The notes under the pieces: model-generated
The model's database searches: none
What the model saw: only the letters and a program-made list of their open reading frames with translations
Told to the model about the DNA's origin: nothing
Source: Antechinus flavipes
Taxonomy: Eukaryota
Assembly (NCBI RefSeq): GCF_016432865.1
Contig: NC_067399.1
Coordinates: 444,726,001 to 444,790,000 of the forward strand
DNA length: 64,000 nt
Direction of reading: 5' to 3'
In this document: positions 1-12,400 of the stretch, piece after piece
How positions within the stretch are numbered: position 1 is the stretch's first letter
How the letters are laid out: each line of letters opens with the position of its first letter
Program-made: the position numbers and the translations under genes

Positions 1-857
1 ACTCTTCACAGATTACAAGGTGCTTCCTTCTCCCAGAGCTAAGAGGCAGCAATAACACTGGCACTATCTAGTTTACAAAGGAAGAAACGAAGCTCAGAGG
101 TCACTGCTGCCCAAGGTCCTACAGGCTAGGCCTTAAAGCCAGCTCTTCTGATTCCAGGTGCAAGGTTCTTTCTTCCACACCACATCAGACTGGCCTGATT
201 TACAGGGAACACAAAGAAGTCTGCTTCATGGCCTCTATCTCCTCTTCTTCACCCAAGGAAAACTAGCACAGATTCAGCAAGGAAATTAAGTGTTAATTTT
301 ATAAGAATTAAATGTTCAAAATCCCCAACTCTGAAGATTTTCTTAGTCTATCATAGTAGTTAAAGCGGGAGAAACCTCTCTAAGGTGGGCACTTCTATTT
401 CATGTTTCCTTTATGAAATGAACCATGCTTTCACAAGGACCCCTCCATCCTGCAAAACTCCCTTCCCAAGAGGTCAGACTCAAAAGAAAAGAGAACTTGT
501 CTAACCTGAAAATGAGCCTTCTTAGGCAAGCTAAATTAGAACAGGTCCCTTCCTGCAGCTGTGAAGGTGAGCCCATTCACCTAGTTTCACTGACTTGGGC
601 TAGTAATAAAGAATTGGAAACTTCCTATTTGGATTTAATAGGAATCTACAATTCATAATCATCTATTTTCCTAATTTAGCATAGTCTCTACAACTTTAGG
701 CTAGCATCTCTTGTGGCTAAGAAAAGGAATTTAAAATGGGACAAAATATTGCAACAAGACCCTGCTATTGGCCCTTGCCCTTGATTCTGCCCCATATTAG
801 GACACTTTTCTCCCCCCATAACTTAATTATCAAAAGTTCTTTGAAAGCCTATTACAA

Positions 858-1150
858 TGTGGATTGCAACACATTTGTACCTTTTTTATATGTTCGCTTT
901 TTCTCTTTTTTCCTTTTTGATCTGATATTTCTTGTGCAACATGATAAATGTAGAAATTGTTAGGAAGAATTATACATATTTAACATATTGGATGGCTTGC
1001 CCTCTAGGGGAGGAGGTGAGGAAAAGGAGGGAGAAACCCAAGTTTCCTATTCCAAAATAGGGTTTTGCAAGGGTGAATGTTGAAAATTCTTTGCATGCAT
1101 TTTGAAAATTAAAAGCCATTATTAAAGAAATACATAGCTTAAAAAAAAAA
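858..1150 (+). mobile_element. 5'-truncated L1 3' end with poly(A) and TSD
   Basis: GGTTTTGCAAGGGTGAATGTTGAAAATT 3'UTR signature; A tail; CCTATTACAA at 848-857 and 1151-1160. Confidence 0.85.
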
Positions 1151-1704
1151 CCTATTACAAGAGAAGATTAATGCCTCAGACATAAAGGAATGTTTAAGTG
1201 TGTTGGGATGGGGAGAAGTGGGAGGGGAAACTTGCAGGAGCAGGATATTGTCTAATTCTTCCTTAGAAATTTGACTATTTGACTTGTATGGGATTAGACA
1301 TGTAATAGAGCTGAAGAACAGCTAACTCAATCTGTCTATAAGAACATAACACAAAAGCCCTTTTAATGATTAAAATAGATTCTGTCTCCTGAAATTCTTT
1401 ACCATCCCTGAGATGGAATAATGAGTAACTTAAACACTGCATATTTGGAAACAATAAAAAAAAAAACCTAGTAAAAGTCCAAGTGTTATAGAAATGTTGC
1501 CCTGCCACAACTCTCATTCTTCTGGAAGAAGCAATTCAAATCATTAAGTTGAACAGCTGCTGTAATCTCCAGCAAATATAAAATCTGCCCAGAAATGTCT
1601 CTATGAAAATTACCTCTATTAAACTAGCCAACCCTCAGTGAAATAGGGGGTAGGACTGGGGAAAGAGAGCAAAATATCCCATTATGTTATAAGACCCTTT
1701 AGAA

Positions 1705-1900
1705 GGTGGGGACTAAATAAAGGCAGCATGGTAAAGTGGAAACACTTGGCTTGGTTTCAGGTTAGAGACTGTGGGTCCAAATCCCAATTCTACATTTAAT
1801 AGCTAATAATTATATAGCACTTTTAAGTTGTGATTCTCAGTAAATCATTTCTTTTTATTTGGGCTTCAGTTTCTCACCTGTACACTGAGGGGGCAGAGTA
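1705..1900 (+). mobile_element. MIR/CORE-SINE
   Basis: GGCAGCATGGTAAAGTGGA head; CTTCAGTTTCTCACCTGTA core. Confidence 0.65.
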
Positions 1901-3133
1901 TTAGGACAGACAAAGGTCACTTTTTGGATCATGGAATCGGCCTTTATCCAAATGTACTCACTTTAGACAATAATAATGGTTCAAAAAATGCTGTAGCCGA
2001 TTAAAAAAGATTTTCCTTTATCTTTTTAATAGACCTTTGGATTATATGATTTAATTTGTAAAGTTAGACATGGATATTTCATTTTCTAGTCTTTGGCTCT
2101 ATTCCTTATGAGGTTTTTGTTGTTTTTTTTTTTTAATTGTTTGGTCTGGGTCTGTAATTAAGGAAGTCCTGGTGAGACCTCTCTCTACCTAAGGAGATCT
2201 GAAAGTTGTAATCTTAAGAGTTGTCTAAGTCACTGGAAGTAGTGACTTATCTAGAGTCCCTCAGCCACCTCAGAGGAAAAACATCTACTAACTACTCTAA
2301 GACAAGTAGCCTCCTCTTAGGAGTATTTGCATGAAAACACTTGTTCAGGCCCAATCCCCAAATCACCTAATCCTCAGGTGACATCAGAATTAATTGGCCA
2401 GTTAAATAAGATTATAACAAAGATTACAACTCTAAAGAAGCAGAGGGTCAAACAGCAACACAAGCAGATAAACATCTTGGGTGTTATTCAGGTAAATGTG
2501 CCTGTAAAGGAGAAAACTGGAAAACACTTCCACTTAAATGCCAGAAGAGAAAAACAAACTTCTGTAAAAGGTTCCTCTGAGCATCTCAAATCATGAGGTA
2601 GTTTTTGGCCTACTTCCTAAAACCTAGAAGAGTTTAGTAACTCAGATCTAAAACAACAAACAAAACCCCTTACCTCTATCACATGAAGAGAAGTTGCACA
2701 GCAAAATAGGCATTATGGGGCTTTTTGTATCTGCTAGAAACTAAATACAAGATGCTCTAGAAATATTACATTAACTACTAGGAGACAATTCTTCACAGGG
2801 TTCTAAAAAGTAAGCGAGTGGCCCTGCCCAAGAAGAAGATGGCAGAGTGACTTACAAATAGTAGAAAGTGCTTCATCAATACTGACTGAATTACAGGAAC
2901 TCAAGCATACTACTGGTTTTTGAGGACAGGCCAACAGTGATGGGACACAGACATATCTTAAGGAGGAGTAGGCCTGGGATTGGCAAAGAGGGACACTTCA
3001 GGTAAGAACAACAAGAGAATCAAATCCATAAACAGACTATACCAACACAGCAAAACCAGAGGGCTTCTACTGACTAGCAGGAGATAAGGAGTTAGAAAGG
3101 AGAATCACAAAATATTGGTGCTGAGGTCACTAA

Positions 3134-4270
3134 CCATCCCCTAGGTTGGTAAATCTGGTGAACTTTTCCCCTTCTCTCCTTGGCTTCCTCTGACTTCTTT
3201 CTTTCCAGACTCTGGCCTGGGTCACCCTCTTCTTTGGCCAAGGCGATCTTTACGGGTCTCCTTCTTTGACCACCATGTTAATATCTTTTGCTGACTCTTT
3301 ATCTCTTCCTGTACCTTAAATGTGAGAAGTCTTTTGGGGTAATCTCACAGGTTATCCTCTTTTCACTTGCCTTTTTGGTGATCCCACAGCTTTAATGATC
3401 ACCATTATTGTTCTACCTTCACACCCTATTTCTGCCTGGATTCCCAACTATCTGCCCACTACCCATGAAATGTCCAGCTAATACCCGGAATTGAATGTAT
3501 CCAAAACCAAATTCATCTCGCCTTCCCTGGGAAACCCGTCATGCCTTATCACTGTAAAGTGCTGACATGACCATCTTCCAGTCACAAAGATGAACACTTC
3601 ACTCATCTTTGACTCATAGGATGTCAAATTCTATCTCTGCCGTTTTTCCTATCTGTCCCTTCCAAACCCACTGCAACCATCCCAGTAAAACTTCTTCTCC
3701 CTTTAAAAGATATTGTATGACTAGTTTTTATTAAACTAATAATCTGTTTTCTTCCAGTCTACCTCTAATTCATCCTTCCACATAAGTCCCTGAACCTAAT
3801 GGCTCTCCATTGCCTCTGAAATCAAATACAAATTCAGGATCCTGGCATGCAAGGCTCTGCACTCCGATTCCAACTTCAGAGCTCTTTCCCTTCACATTAT
3901 TACTTTTTAGCCAAACTACCTTCCCAGTTCCTTGTTCTTCTCACTTTCTCCAACCTATGCCTTTGTTCATTCCTCAAACTGATTATCATTTCCCACTCTC
4001 AAATGCCTAACACCATTTTAAGTGTTTTCTTTCTAGACTCAACTCTTCCTGAAAATGGTATCTTTAGCACAATTCCTGACTCTCCCAAGAATCTCTCCCT
4101 CACCAAATTTCCGACAACACCTTGCCTATAATTCTTATACTATTGTACAGGTTATTTTTCTACATATCTCTTCCCTTCCCTCCAATAAAATCTAAGCTCC
4201 CAGAGGTCAGGATTAGTCAGGTCTTTGTATACATACAGCATCTTACACAGTATAGGCAACTTAAATGAAC
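3134..4270 (+). mobile_element. L2 3' region (degenerate)
   Basis: L2-type pyrimidine-rich ORF2 end and TAAGCTCCCAGAGGTCAGGA 3' motif. Confidence 0.7.
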
Positions 4271-4429
4271 ATTGGAAAGGATCTTGGATACAATTCATCT
4301 CTCTCACTTTACATATTATTGAAGAATCAAAATTTATTTTGGTTCAAGTCTTTTAATTTGTGTGTTTTTATCACTAAAAAAAAAAGTCACAAAAACCTGA
4401 AATGTTTGTCTAGAATATCCTTTGATCCC

Positions 4430-5310
4430 AATTTTATTAAATACTCACTAGAAGTCAATGTATTTTGTGATATACAGGGATACAATGATGAAAATGTCTC
4501 TGCCTTCTAGATAGATAAGACAGTATACAATCTTCTATAGTATTTTAAGATTTAATTTTAAAGTTTTTCCTCAATCTTATGAGGGAGAGTTGAACATGAT
4601 GTTCCCTTTCTGTAAGTAAGGAAACTGAGGGTCAATAAGATTCAGTGACTGGCCATAACTGTAACTTCTTGTCAGATTTAGAATTCAAAGGTAGGCTTCC
4701 TGAATCCATTACAATAGTCTTTCCATAATACAAATGTGAAAACAAAGGAAATATTGTGAAGAATTCTAAGAAAGCCCAAGGAAAGGCAACTTAATTTTCA
4801 ACTTGAGGAATTCAGGGAAGGCTTCACAGAAGCAACAGCAAGCTGGGTCTTAAAAAGAATTTCCACAAAGATAAGAAAGGAAAAGTGTTATGGTTCTATA
4901 TGACTAAGAAAGCAGAAGGTAGGACTTGACTACATTAACAATCGAGTTTAGCCAGAATAAAGAGTACATGAAGGGGAATAATGTGAAATAATGGTAGAAA
5001 GATGGGTCACTCAGATGCAATCTAGACTCAGATTGCAAAAGATGTTTAAGGATTTCCAATTTATTGAATATGAAATAAGACAGTAGGAAGGCCTTTTAGC
5101 AAGGAAGTGACAATTAAGTATGTGCATCAAATTTATTTTGATAGCTCTGAGAAGGATAAATTGATGGAGATGGGAAAGGCTAGAAGTAGGGTGCTCAATT
5201 AGTTAGTTATAATATTGCAGATAAAAGGAGATAAGGATTTAATATAGAATATGGCTGGATAGATATAAGGTTACAAAAACAAAGGAGAGATGGAGAGGAA
5301 AAAAGCTTTC
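4430..5310 (-). mobile_element. L2 fragment with an internal MIR
   Basis: Purine-rich reverse-strand L2 pattern; MIR core near 4600-4720. Confidence 0.6.
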
Positions 5311-5480
5311 CAAACTGGGTTACCGGAAGGATGGTAGATCACAAAGCCAACCACCACCAAACTAGATCTTCAACTTTACACAGAGAAAATTTTAAGCAAT
5401 TTAAGAGTCAGAATCTTTCAACAAGAAACACTGTTCCTCTACCCCAGTCATATGACAGAGAACTCTCCTTCTTCAGAACA

Positions 5481-5566
5481 TTTCTTTACAAGGTAATTGG
5501 GATAAAGTGGCTATCCTAGAGCCTCACAGCTAAGAAGTGTTAGTGTCTGAGGCCATTTTTGAACTC
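5481..5566 (-). mobile_element. 3' half of a WSINE1/MAR1-type CORE-SINE, joined directly to the SF3B2 pseudogene
   Basis: Minus strand GAGTTCAAAAATGGCCTCAGACACT...CCCAATTACCT matches the SINE from the B box onward; the 5' tRNA-like head is absent. Confidence 0.75.
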
Positions 5567-6582
5567 TGCTCCTTGTACTTCTGGGTCATCGCAATGGGAT
5601 CCAGCTCCAACTCCTCCGGGCCCAGGGCCACTTCCACCCCTTGAAGTTCAGCAGCTCACCAACGCGGACAGGTCATAAAAATGGGTGGAACCCATCAAGG
5701 CATCTCCTAAGCTGGCTGTTCTCTTCTCAAACAGCACGGTAAACAGCTGGGGTGTCTTGGTTCCATTCATGGCCTCTTCCCGATCAATTCAGGCATCTCC
5801 ATCCCAGCAGGGACTGATAAGAAGCCTCCTGGGCTGATGAGACCACTGCCTGCAAGGGTGATGGAGCTGGTTTCATTACCTCTTCTTCCTCTTCAGAGGA
5901 TTCCTCATCAGAAGGCTCCAGCTCTCCCCAGAGCTTCCCGTCAATCTCTTCTTCCTCCCTCTCTGACCCAGTTCAATGCTGAACACTTGGGCTTCTTCTT
6001 GAGGTTTCTGGTGCTTTCAGTTTTTCTTCTTCTTGGATAAGGATGCGGTGTCCTCTTCAGTCTCTGAAGTAGAGACCCCAAAGGATGATCTTGCATCTGT
6101 CTCTATGTGTTCTTCATCATGTACCGAGATTAGCTCTTCCTGCAGAATCTCCTTCAGCTGCAGAATAGGCCTGGGTCTTGGGACTCACACTGGGATCATC
6201 CATCTCTCTGTTTTTCTCCTGGGGGAGGGGGGGGCCCCGAACCCCAATGGCAACTCCGGGAGGTGGAGGATCTGTAAGAGCTGTAACTTGAGTAGCCAAC
6301 AGGGGTCGAGGAACCACAGAACCCATCTTGGCCATCTCTTGCTGCTGCTGTTTCAGTAACACAGCTGCCTGCTTTTCCTGAACCATCTTGGCCCTTTCTT
6401 CCTGTTGCATCAGCACGGCAGCCTGCTGCTGGGACAGCTTCAGCAGGCCCTCCACCAATAGGGTCATTTACTTGCATGAGAAGTGGGGGCCCCAAATTCG
6501 GTGAGTGTGGTCCTACTCCCAGAGGGAAACCAAGTCCTAGACTTGGCAGCAGAGGCAGCTGAAGCTCCCCTTTAGGCCCAGA
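5567..6582 (-). pseudogene. SF3B2: Processed pseudogene of splicing factor 3B subunit 2 (SAP145), with internal deletions and 3' truncation
   Basis: Translates to PKGELQLP, LGLGFP, QQQAAVLMQQEERAK, NREMDDPSV, SETEEDT, EEEEID..WGELEPSDEESSEEE, TPQLFTVL..EKRTA, MGSTH.YD and GVEVALGPEELELDP.AMTQKY, all recalled SF3B2 motifs. No introns; frameshifts; premature TGA at 6017-6019. Confidence 0.93.
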
Positions 6583-8139
6583 CAAAGTTTTCAAATCAGG
6601 CTTTCAGGTAGATTTGCCTGACAAAGGTTTCTCATTTGAACTGTTAAGTAGCAAAAGTCACTGTTACTTTGTGGCTGCTCCCATAAAAAGGTCACTCTCA
6701 GAAGAAATAGGATATGACTGGGTCAATCTTTGAAGTATTTGGAATACCAAATCAGCAAAATCCTAATTCCTATACCAATTAGTACTTTGTATCTTTCATC
6801 TACATAGATTTATTTAATCCTTCAGATCTCTGTGGTTCAGGAAGGGTTAACTTAAATGTTAAAATTTTAATTTATGATTCTACAATGTTTCCTGGTGCTT
6901 TCAAGTGGTGATTAAAATCTTAATTTTTATACTTTCTGTGGCTCAACCTGTCAACATATTCTATTGAATGCTCTTTTTGCTGGAATTTATTCTTAATTTC
7001 AGATACTTCAGTTGAGGGATTTAATATATTCTTCCTAATAAAGGGATATCTGGTTCTGAAGCACTCCCTCAATAGTAGGTGCTTCTGGTTAGCCAGCTTC
7101 AACTCATGGGGGATCTGACTGAAGTCCATCTAAGTCCTAAGATGCCTGACCTTTATGTCCAAAGATGATAGAAACTTTAGTATTGCCACTGGATGAAGTA
7201 AGGATGGGTTATTCACAAGAAAACTGTGCAGAAGGCACCTGGGCATCCTGGCAAAGATTTAATTGCTCCAAATTCTAGTAATTCACATAGTATTCAATTC
7301 AAACTCTTCTTCAGAAGAAACATTTATAGTAATAAGAACAAGACACTTAAAATCCAACAGAATCTGGAAAAGCTTTTATTCTCTTGAAAAAATGTTCTCT
7401 TCACCAGTTAGCCCTAAACTGAAACTGCTGGAAAGTACCTCCCACTGAAAGAACCCACTCACTATTAGCACAGCAGTGAGGGTAACCAGAAGGAGAGAAC
7501 CAGAACACACGGACTCCCAGCTTATTATTGGTATACTATTGTTAAATATATGCAAAAACATTGTAGCCTCTGTTAATCCTAAAACCATGAAAACCTGCTA
7601 ATGGAAGAACTTACTCTTAAAAGGCAACTAATTTCTCCCCTATTTAAATAGAAGAATCAATTTAAGCTTTCCAAATAGATTTAAGTCTACTACACTAATC
7701 CACAACCTTTAAAATGAAAAGAAGCACTTACCAGTAGAACAACAAAAATAAAGAAATTACATTTGGTTTATGGAAGCAAGTTATAGCAATGCCAACAAAT
7801 AAAAGACTTGATAGTTGCAATGGGCCCAGACTTAAAACTTTTTCTCAGTTGTTCCCTTAAATATGTAAACAGCTATTACAGTAAATGTATCAAAAGTTTA
7901 AAATTAAGAGTATAAACAATTCTTTTTACAACTCCAGTTTAAATCTATTTGAAAAGGGTCTTTGAGGAAGTCATAAAGGACAAGGTCTTAATGTCTCAAG
8001 CAATTGAAAATTGGCCCAAGACAAGCCAAAGTTGAGGTATCTTCAATCAAATAGCAGTTTTGACTATTTACAGCAGTAGTACTAAACTAAATATAAAACA
8101 GGGACACTCTACCCTTATATCTTATATCCTTATATCTAT

Positions 8140-8300
8140 ATATAAGGATCCCTGAAGGCTGCATGTTATCTCAGAAAATCACATACTGACATTGTTTTGT
8201 TGTATTTTTACATTTTATTTTATTAAATATCTCCCAATTACATTTTAATTGGGTTCAGGCAGCCCTCAGTTGTAGTCCACTGTTGTTGGCACCTAGCTGA
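8140..8300. mobile_element. hAT-type MITE fragment
   Basis: AAATATCTCCCAATTACATTTTAAT and flanks resemble a recalled marsupial hAT MITE. Confidence 0.5.
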
Positions 8301-9376
8301 CAGCATAGTAAGGGTATTGTATTTGAAGAAGGTTCTTTAAAATGTCAGGTTAGTCTATAAATCCTAATTTTGCCATGTATTTTCCCTTGAAAGTTTTCCT
8401 CGTATGCTCTCTCTTGTCCTTAAGATTCTTCATTTTAAGTAAGAGTTATCGCTAGTTCTATTCAATTTTTAAATTTGTTAGCCATATTTCAAATTAATAA
8501 CTTTTTTCATCAATTACTTTTTAAGCAACTATAGGCTCAGTCCAGTCTTACTCAAATGAGGGAATAAGACTTTCACAGATACATAGCCCACATTATTCCG
8601 GGCTTTCTTTAAGCAGAACTTCTTGAAAACTTTGAATTCAAGAAAATTAGCTATTAAAATAGCTAGAATTCTGACCCATTACTGAAACTTTGGCAGAACA
8701 AAAAGACATTCTTTCTCTGTGGTGAAAGTCATATGGAGCTATTCTTCTATAATAATCTAAGTTCTCACTTTAAATGTTTTAAGGATGTGACATTTGAATG
8801 TTAAAAACTGGCAAGAAGTTATCAGCTGAGCTGTCAAAGTATATGTATTAAGATTTGCACATAAAATTAGAATTTTTGGTGTACTGAACACAGTAGGCTC
8901 TCAGCTTGCAAATTGAGATTTTTTATAAGGATTTTCCTTAGCCCCTAATGTCAAAAAGAAATCTTTAGGAAGTTTAATGGTAATAAGTCTTCACATCATT
9001 AATAATGAGAACTTGGCATTTCATTTACAAAATATCTGTGATCAAAGCTTTAGGCAGCTTAGTAGAAAATCTGTACAGAGTTCTATTAAAAACCACTAAA
9101 TTAGTTGTAAAATAGACTTCTCTTACTCTGTTCTGAGTGGATAACTTTGTTTCAAGAAAAGGTAATTGATACTACCTTTACCAAAAGCACCCAGCTTTCA
9201 TAATTGTTAGGACTCTTACAGAAGTTATGTTTGCCATTCAAGCTGTAGGTGGTAGAGGTTGTTGTTATTCTAGAAGCATGGGCAAGTTCCTGGGGTTTTC
9301 TGGCCACCTGTAACTGTCTACTTCCAATAAGAAAATCTCTGAAGCAGCAAATAATGATACTTGTCCATAACCAAAA

Positions 9377-9400
9377 AGAGAGAGAGAGAGAGAGAGAGAG
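9377..9400. repeat. (AG)12 microsatellite
   Basis: Direct reading. Confidence 0.95.
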
Positions 9401-12400
9401 AACATAGCAAATAAAATAAATCTGAAATCAAAATGCAACTATAACTTCAAGTTCTGCCTGGATTTCATTTACCTCTTGTTTATGGAAAGAATCTATGACT
9501 AATTAAGCCTGGGAATTCCCTATACCAGAATCTTTGTCCTAGAGTAAAATCTAAATTCCAAATTGTTTAGTGCCAAAGGCTGATATAAACTCAGTCTTCC
9601 TTATTCCAATGTCCAGCACTGTATTCCCATGGCATACTGTCTCTACTATGAAATTAAGTTAACAATTTTGCAAATGGATTTTAACCAGCAGCACCTGTAA
9701 GATTTTAAGTAACGTCCCCTTTTACCAAAAAGTCATATAATTCCATCATTTCCCTCCTCATTTTTACCTGTATCCTGAGAAAGAGTTAGGGCAACTTATC
9801 CACCAATGGGTATTCTTGAAAAGTCCCTCTGAGATAGAATTAGATAAAGGTAATTTCTAAGATGCTTTCTCCTTTTATAAGACAGATAAAGTGACCCAAA
9901 ATCATGGTGGGGTGGGGATTGGGGGGAGAAAGATAAGCAGTGCTGTGATGCTTTGGAGTTCACAGAGTGCTTTACTTCTAACTAAGCTGTGGGGTGGGCA
10001 GCATGAGTATTATTTCCATTTTACAAAGACAAAAATGATCTCTCAAAGTCACAGAGCCAGGATTTTAATGAGGCCTTCTAAAGCATATTCTATAATCCTG
10101 CTATACCACTGGGTATCTTTATTAAAACAAAAATTCACATTTATGTAAAAATATAGGGAAATGATGGTCACATTCTAGCCCTGAATAGAAAAATGTTAAG
10201 TAAAAATATTTCACCCAATAGGATTCACTGAACTCTAACTATTGGACTTTTCTGCCTACTTTCCAAAAGTATCATCTTGAGGAGGAAATATGGAAAGAGC
10301 ATTGATTCTAGAATCAAAGAACTTGGCTTCACATTCTACTTCTGATTACCTGGATGATCTCGGGCAAGCTCCTTATCTGGCCTGGACCTTGGTCCCTCAA
10401 CTATAAAAGGAAGAGCTGGACCAGATGGCCCTGGAGAACCTTCCCCCAAGTGGGGAGAAATAAAATCCTATGACCTTTAGATGTTAAGACTAACAAAGAA
10501 TAGTATTATAGTCATTTAAATGACTGATCTAGAATAACTTCTACCATGACCTGATGCATAAGGTAGCCAAGTACTTGGAAGATCAATGAAAGGATGGGAG
10601 TATCAAGCTTGAGCTTCAAAATAAGAATATTAATGATAGTTCTACAGATCCTGCAGCAGATACAGCTGAGAAAGGAGGCCAGTTCCCTCTAGATGAAAAA
10701 CTGGCTTCTCTTACTGAGCTTTTTATTTCAAATATGCTCACTATTAGCTCAAAACACTTCATTTTTGCCCTATCATTCTCCAAAGGTTAAGCGAGGTTGG
10801 GAAGGGAGTATGTGTGGGGCTTACTCCAAGAAATGGTTCTCAAAATACTTCACGTGCATCAACAAAAGAGTCAAGAATAATATGGTATGCCTAGAGAAGG
10901 CAATTATTAGTCAACACAGTAACTGAGAGAATAGGACTGTCAATAAAAAGTTATAAAAAAAAAAAAAGAATACGGACACTTTCTTCTGGTACATTACTGC
11001 TGAATACACTAATCTCAATGCACTAAAGACTGACCTAAAGTAAACCTGTCCAAAGAAAAAAATAACATGAAGTTTTGCTGAAGGATATATTATAGACCAT
11101 GAAATATTAAAAGCCATAAAGATCATTTAGTCCAGTCCCTTAATTCTATAGAAGAAATGAAAGCCCTAAGAAACTAAGTCAAGGACATATAGCTAGTTAG
11201 TAAGAGAGAACTAAATCTAATTTTTTTTGCTCCAAATCTAATGTTCTTTCTATTGCCCAATTACCTGTGAAACACTTCTCTTTCTCTCCAACACATGCCA
11301 GTGTGCAATGTCTCTTAATCCCTCCCACCCACCCCCAAACTCCTAGTTCCCTTTCTCCTTGCACTATGAAGTGACAGCTCAAGGAACTGAGTGTAGAACA
11401 AGTTGGAGATGTTTGTTTCACTGTGAAACTTAGAAAACATAATTGGTCTGAATCAAAGGAGTATTCCAAACAAAAAAGAACATTACTTTGGAGTGAACTG
11501 GAGTTATGATTTGGTCTACGATCAAATCTTCCAAATATTAGTGCCTTGTCACGTGAGTAAAAAATACCCAAAGGACATTTATAGACGAGATGTTTTTAAT
11601 GCACAATGGCATTAAGATTTCACCTTTCATCTATCCCATTAGTAGCAAAGTCTACTTTGGCATATATTTGCTCTCCAATAAAGTAAAATTGAAAAAAGCA
11701 GTTGAAAATTCTAGTTCTGTACTTAATAGCTCTCTAATTTACAGGCAACTGGTGCCAGTTACTGGGTCATCATAAAATGGGTAACTCTGGGATTAAGAAA
11801 GAAACAAAAATGTCTACATTACGTAAAAGTACTTATCTGGGACCACATAACCACAAAAATTTCATCAAGTGTGGAAAATACATACCATAGTTTTGTTAGA
11901 TTAATTCCTTATCAAAGAATCAAAAAGGAGAATTCATATCTTCAGTAATCCTGATTTAGACACTCCAGAATATTTATGAATTTTCTTTCATTCCCAAAGA
12001 AAACAGACCATAAAGTAACTTTAGGAACTCAGAAAGAAATCGATAATATCTAATGGAATCATCCTTATACTAATTTGGCTTTGGTATGGAAGAATGAAAT
12101 TTCCTTTCAAGGAAGGAATTTTTAAAGTTGCAAACTATTCTAAATAGTTCTACATGAGGACCAAGTGACAAAACTATTAATAAAAACATAAAAAGTGTTG
12201 GCCAAATAGCTAAAGAGTGCTTTATGGCAACAATATGAAAAAAAGGAATCTATTTGTTTAAAAATAGGAACAAAAGATAGGAATTCAGGCCAGAAACACA
12301 CTTTTTTATCTTTAAAGAAACTGGAGGGGAAGACTTACACGCCTTCACTTAAAAACTGTATACAAAACATTAATGACATTCCTGAATAACACAACCATTT

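Noticed and set aside
6117-6594. 116-aa and 132-aa ORFs as a functional SF3B2 retrogene
   Set aside because: Frameshifts, a premature stop and loss of the central conserved region; no promoter evident.
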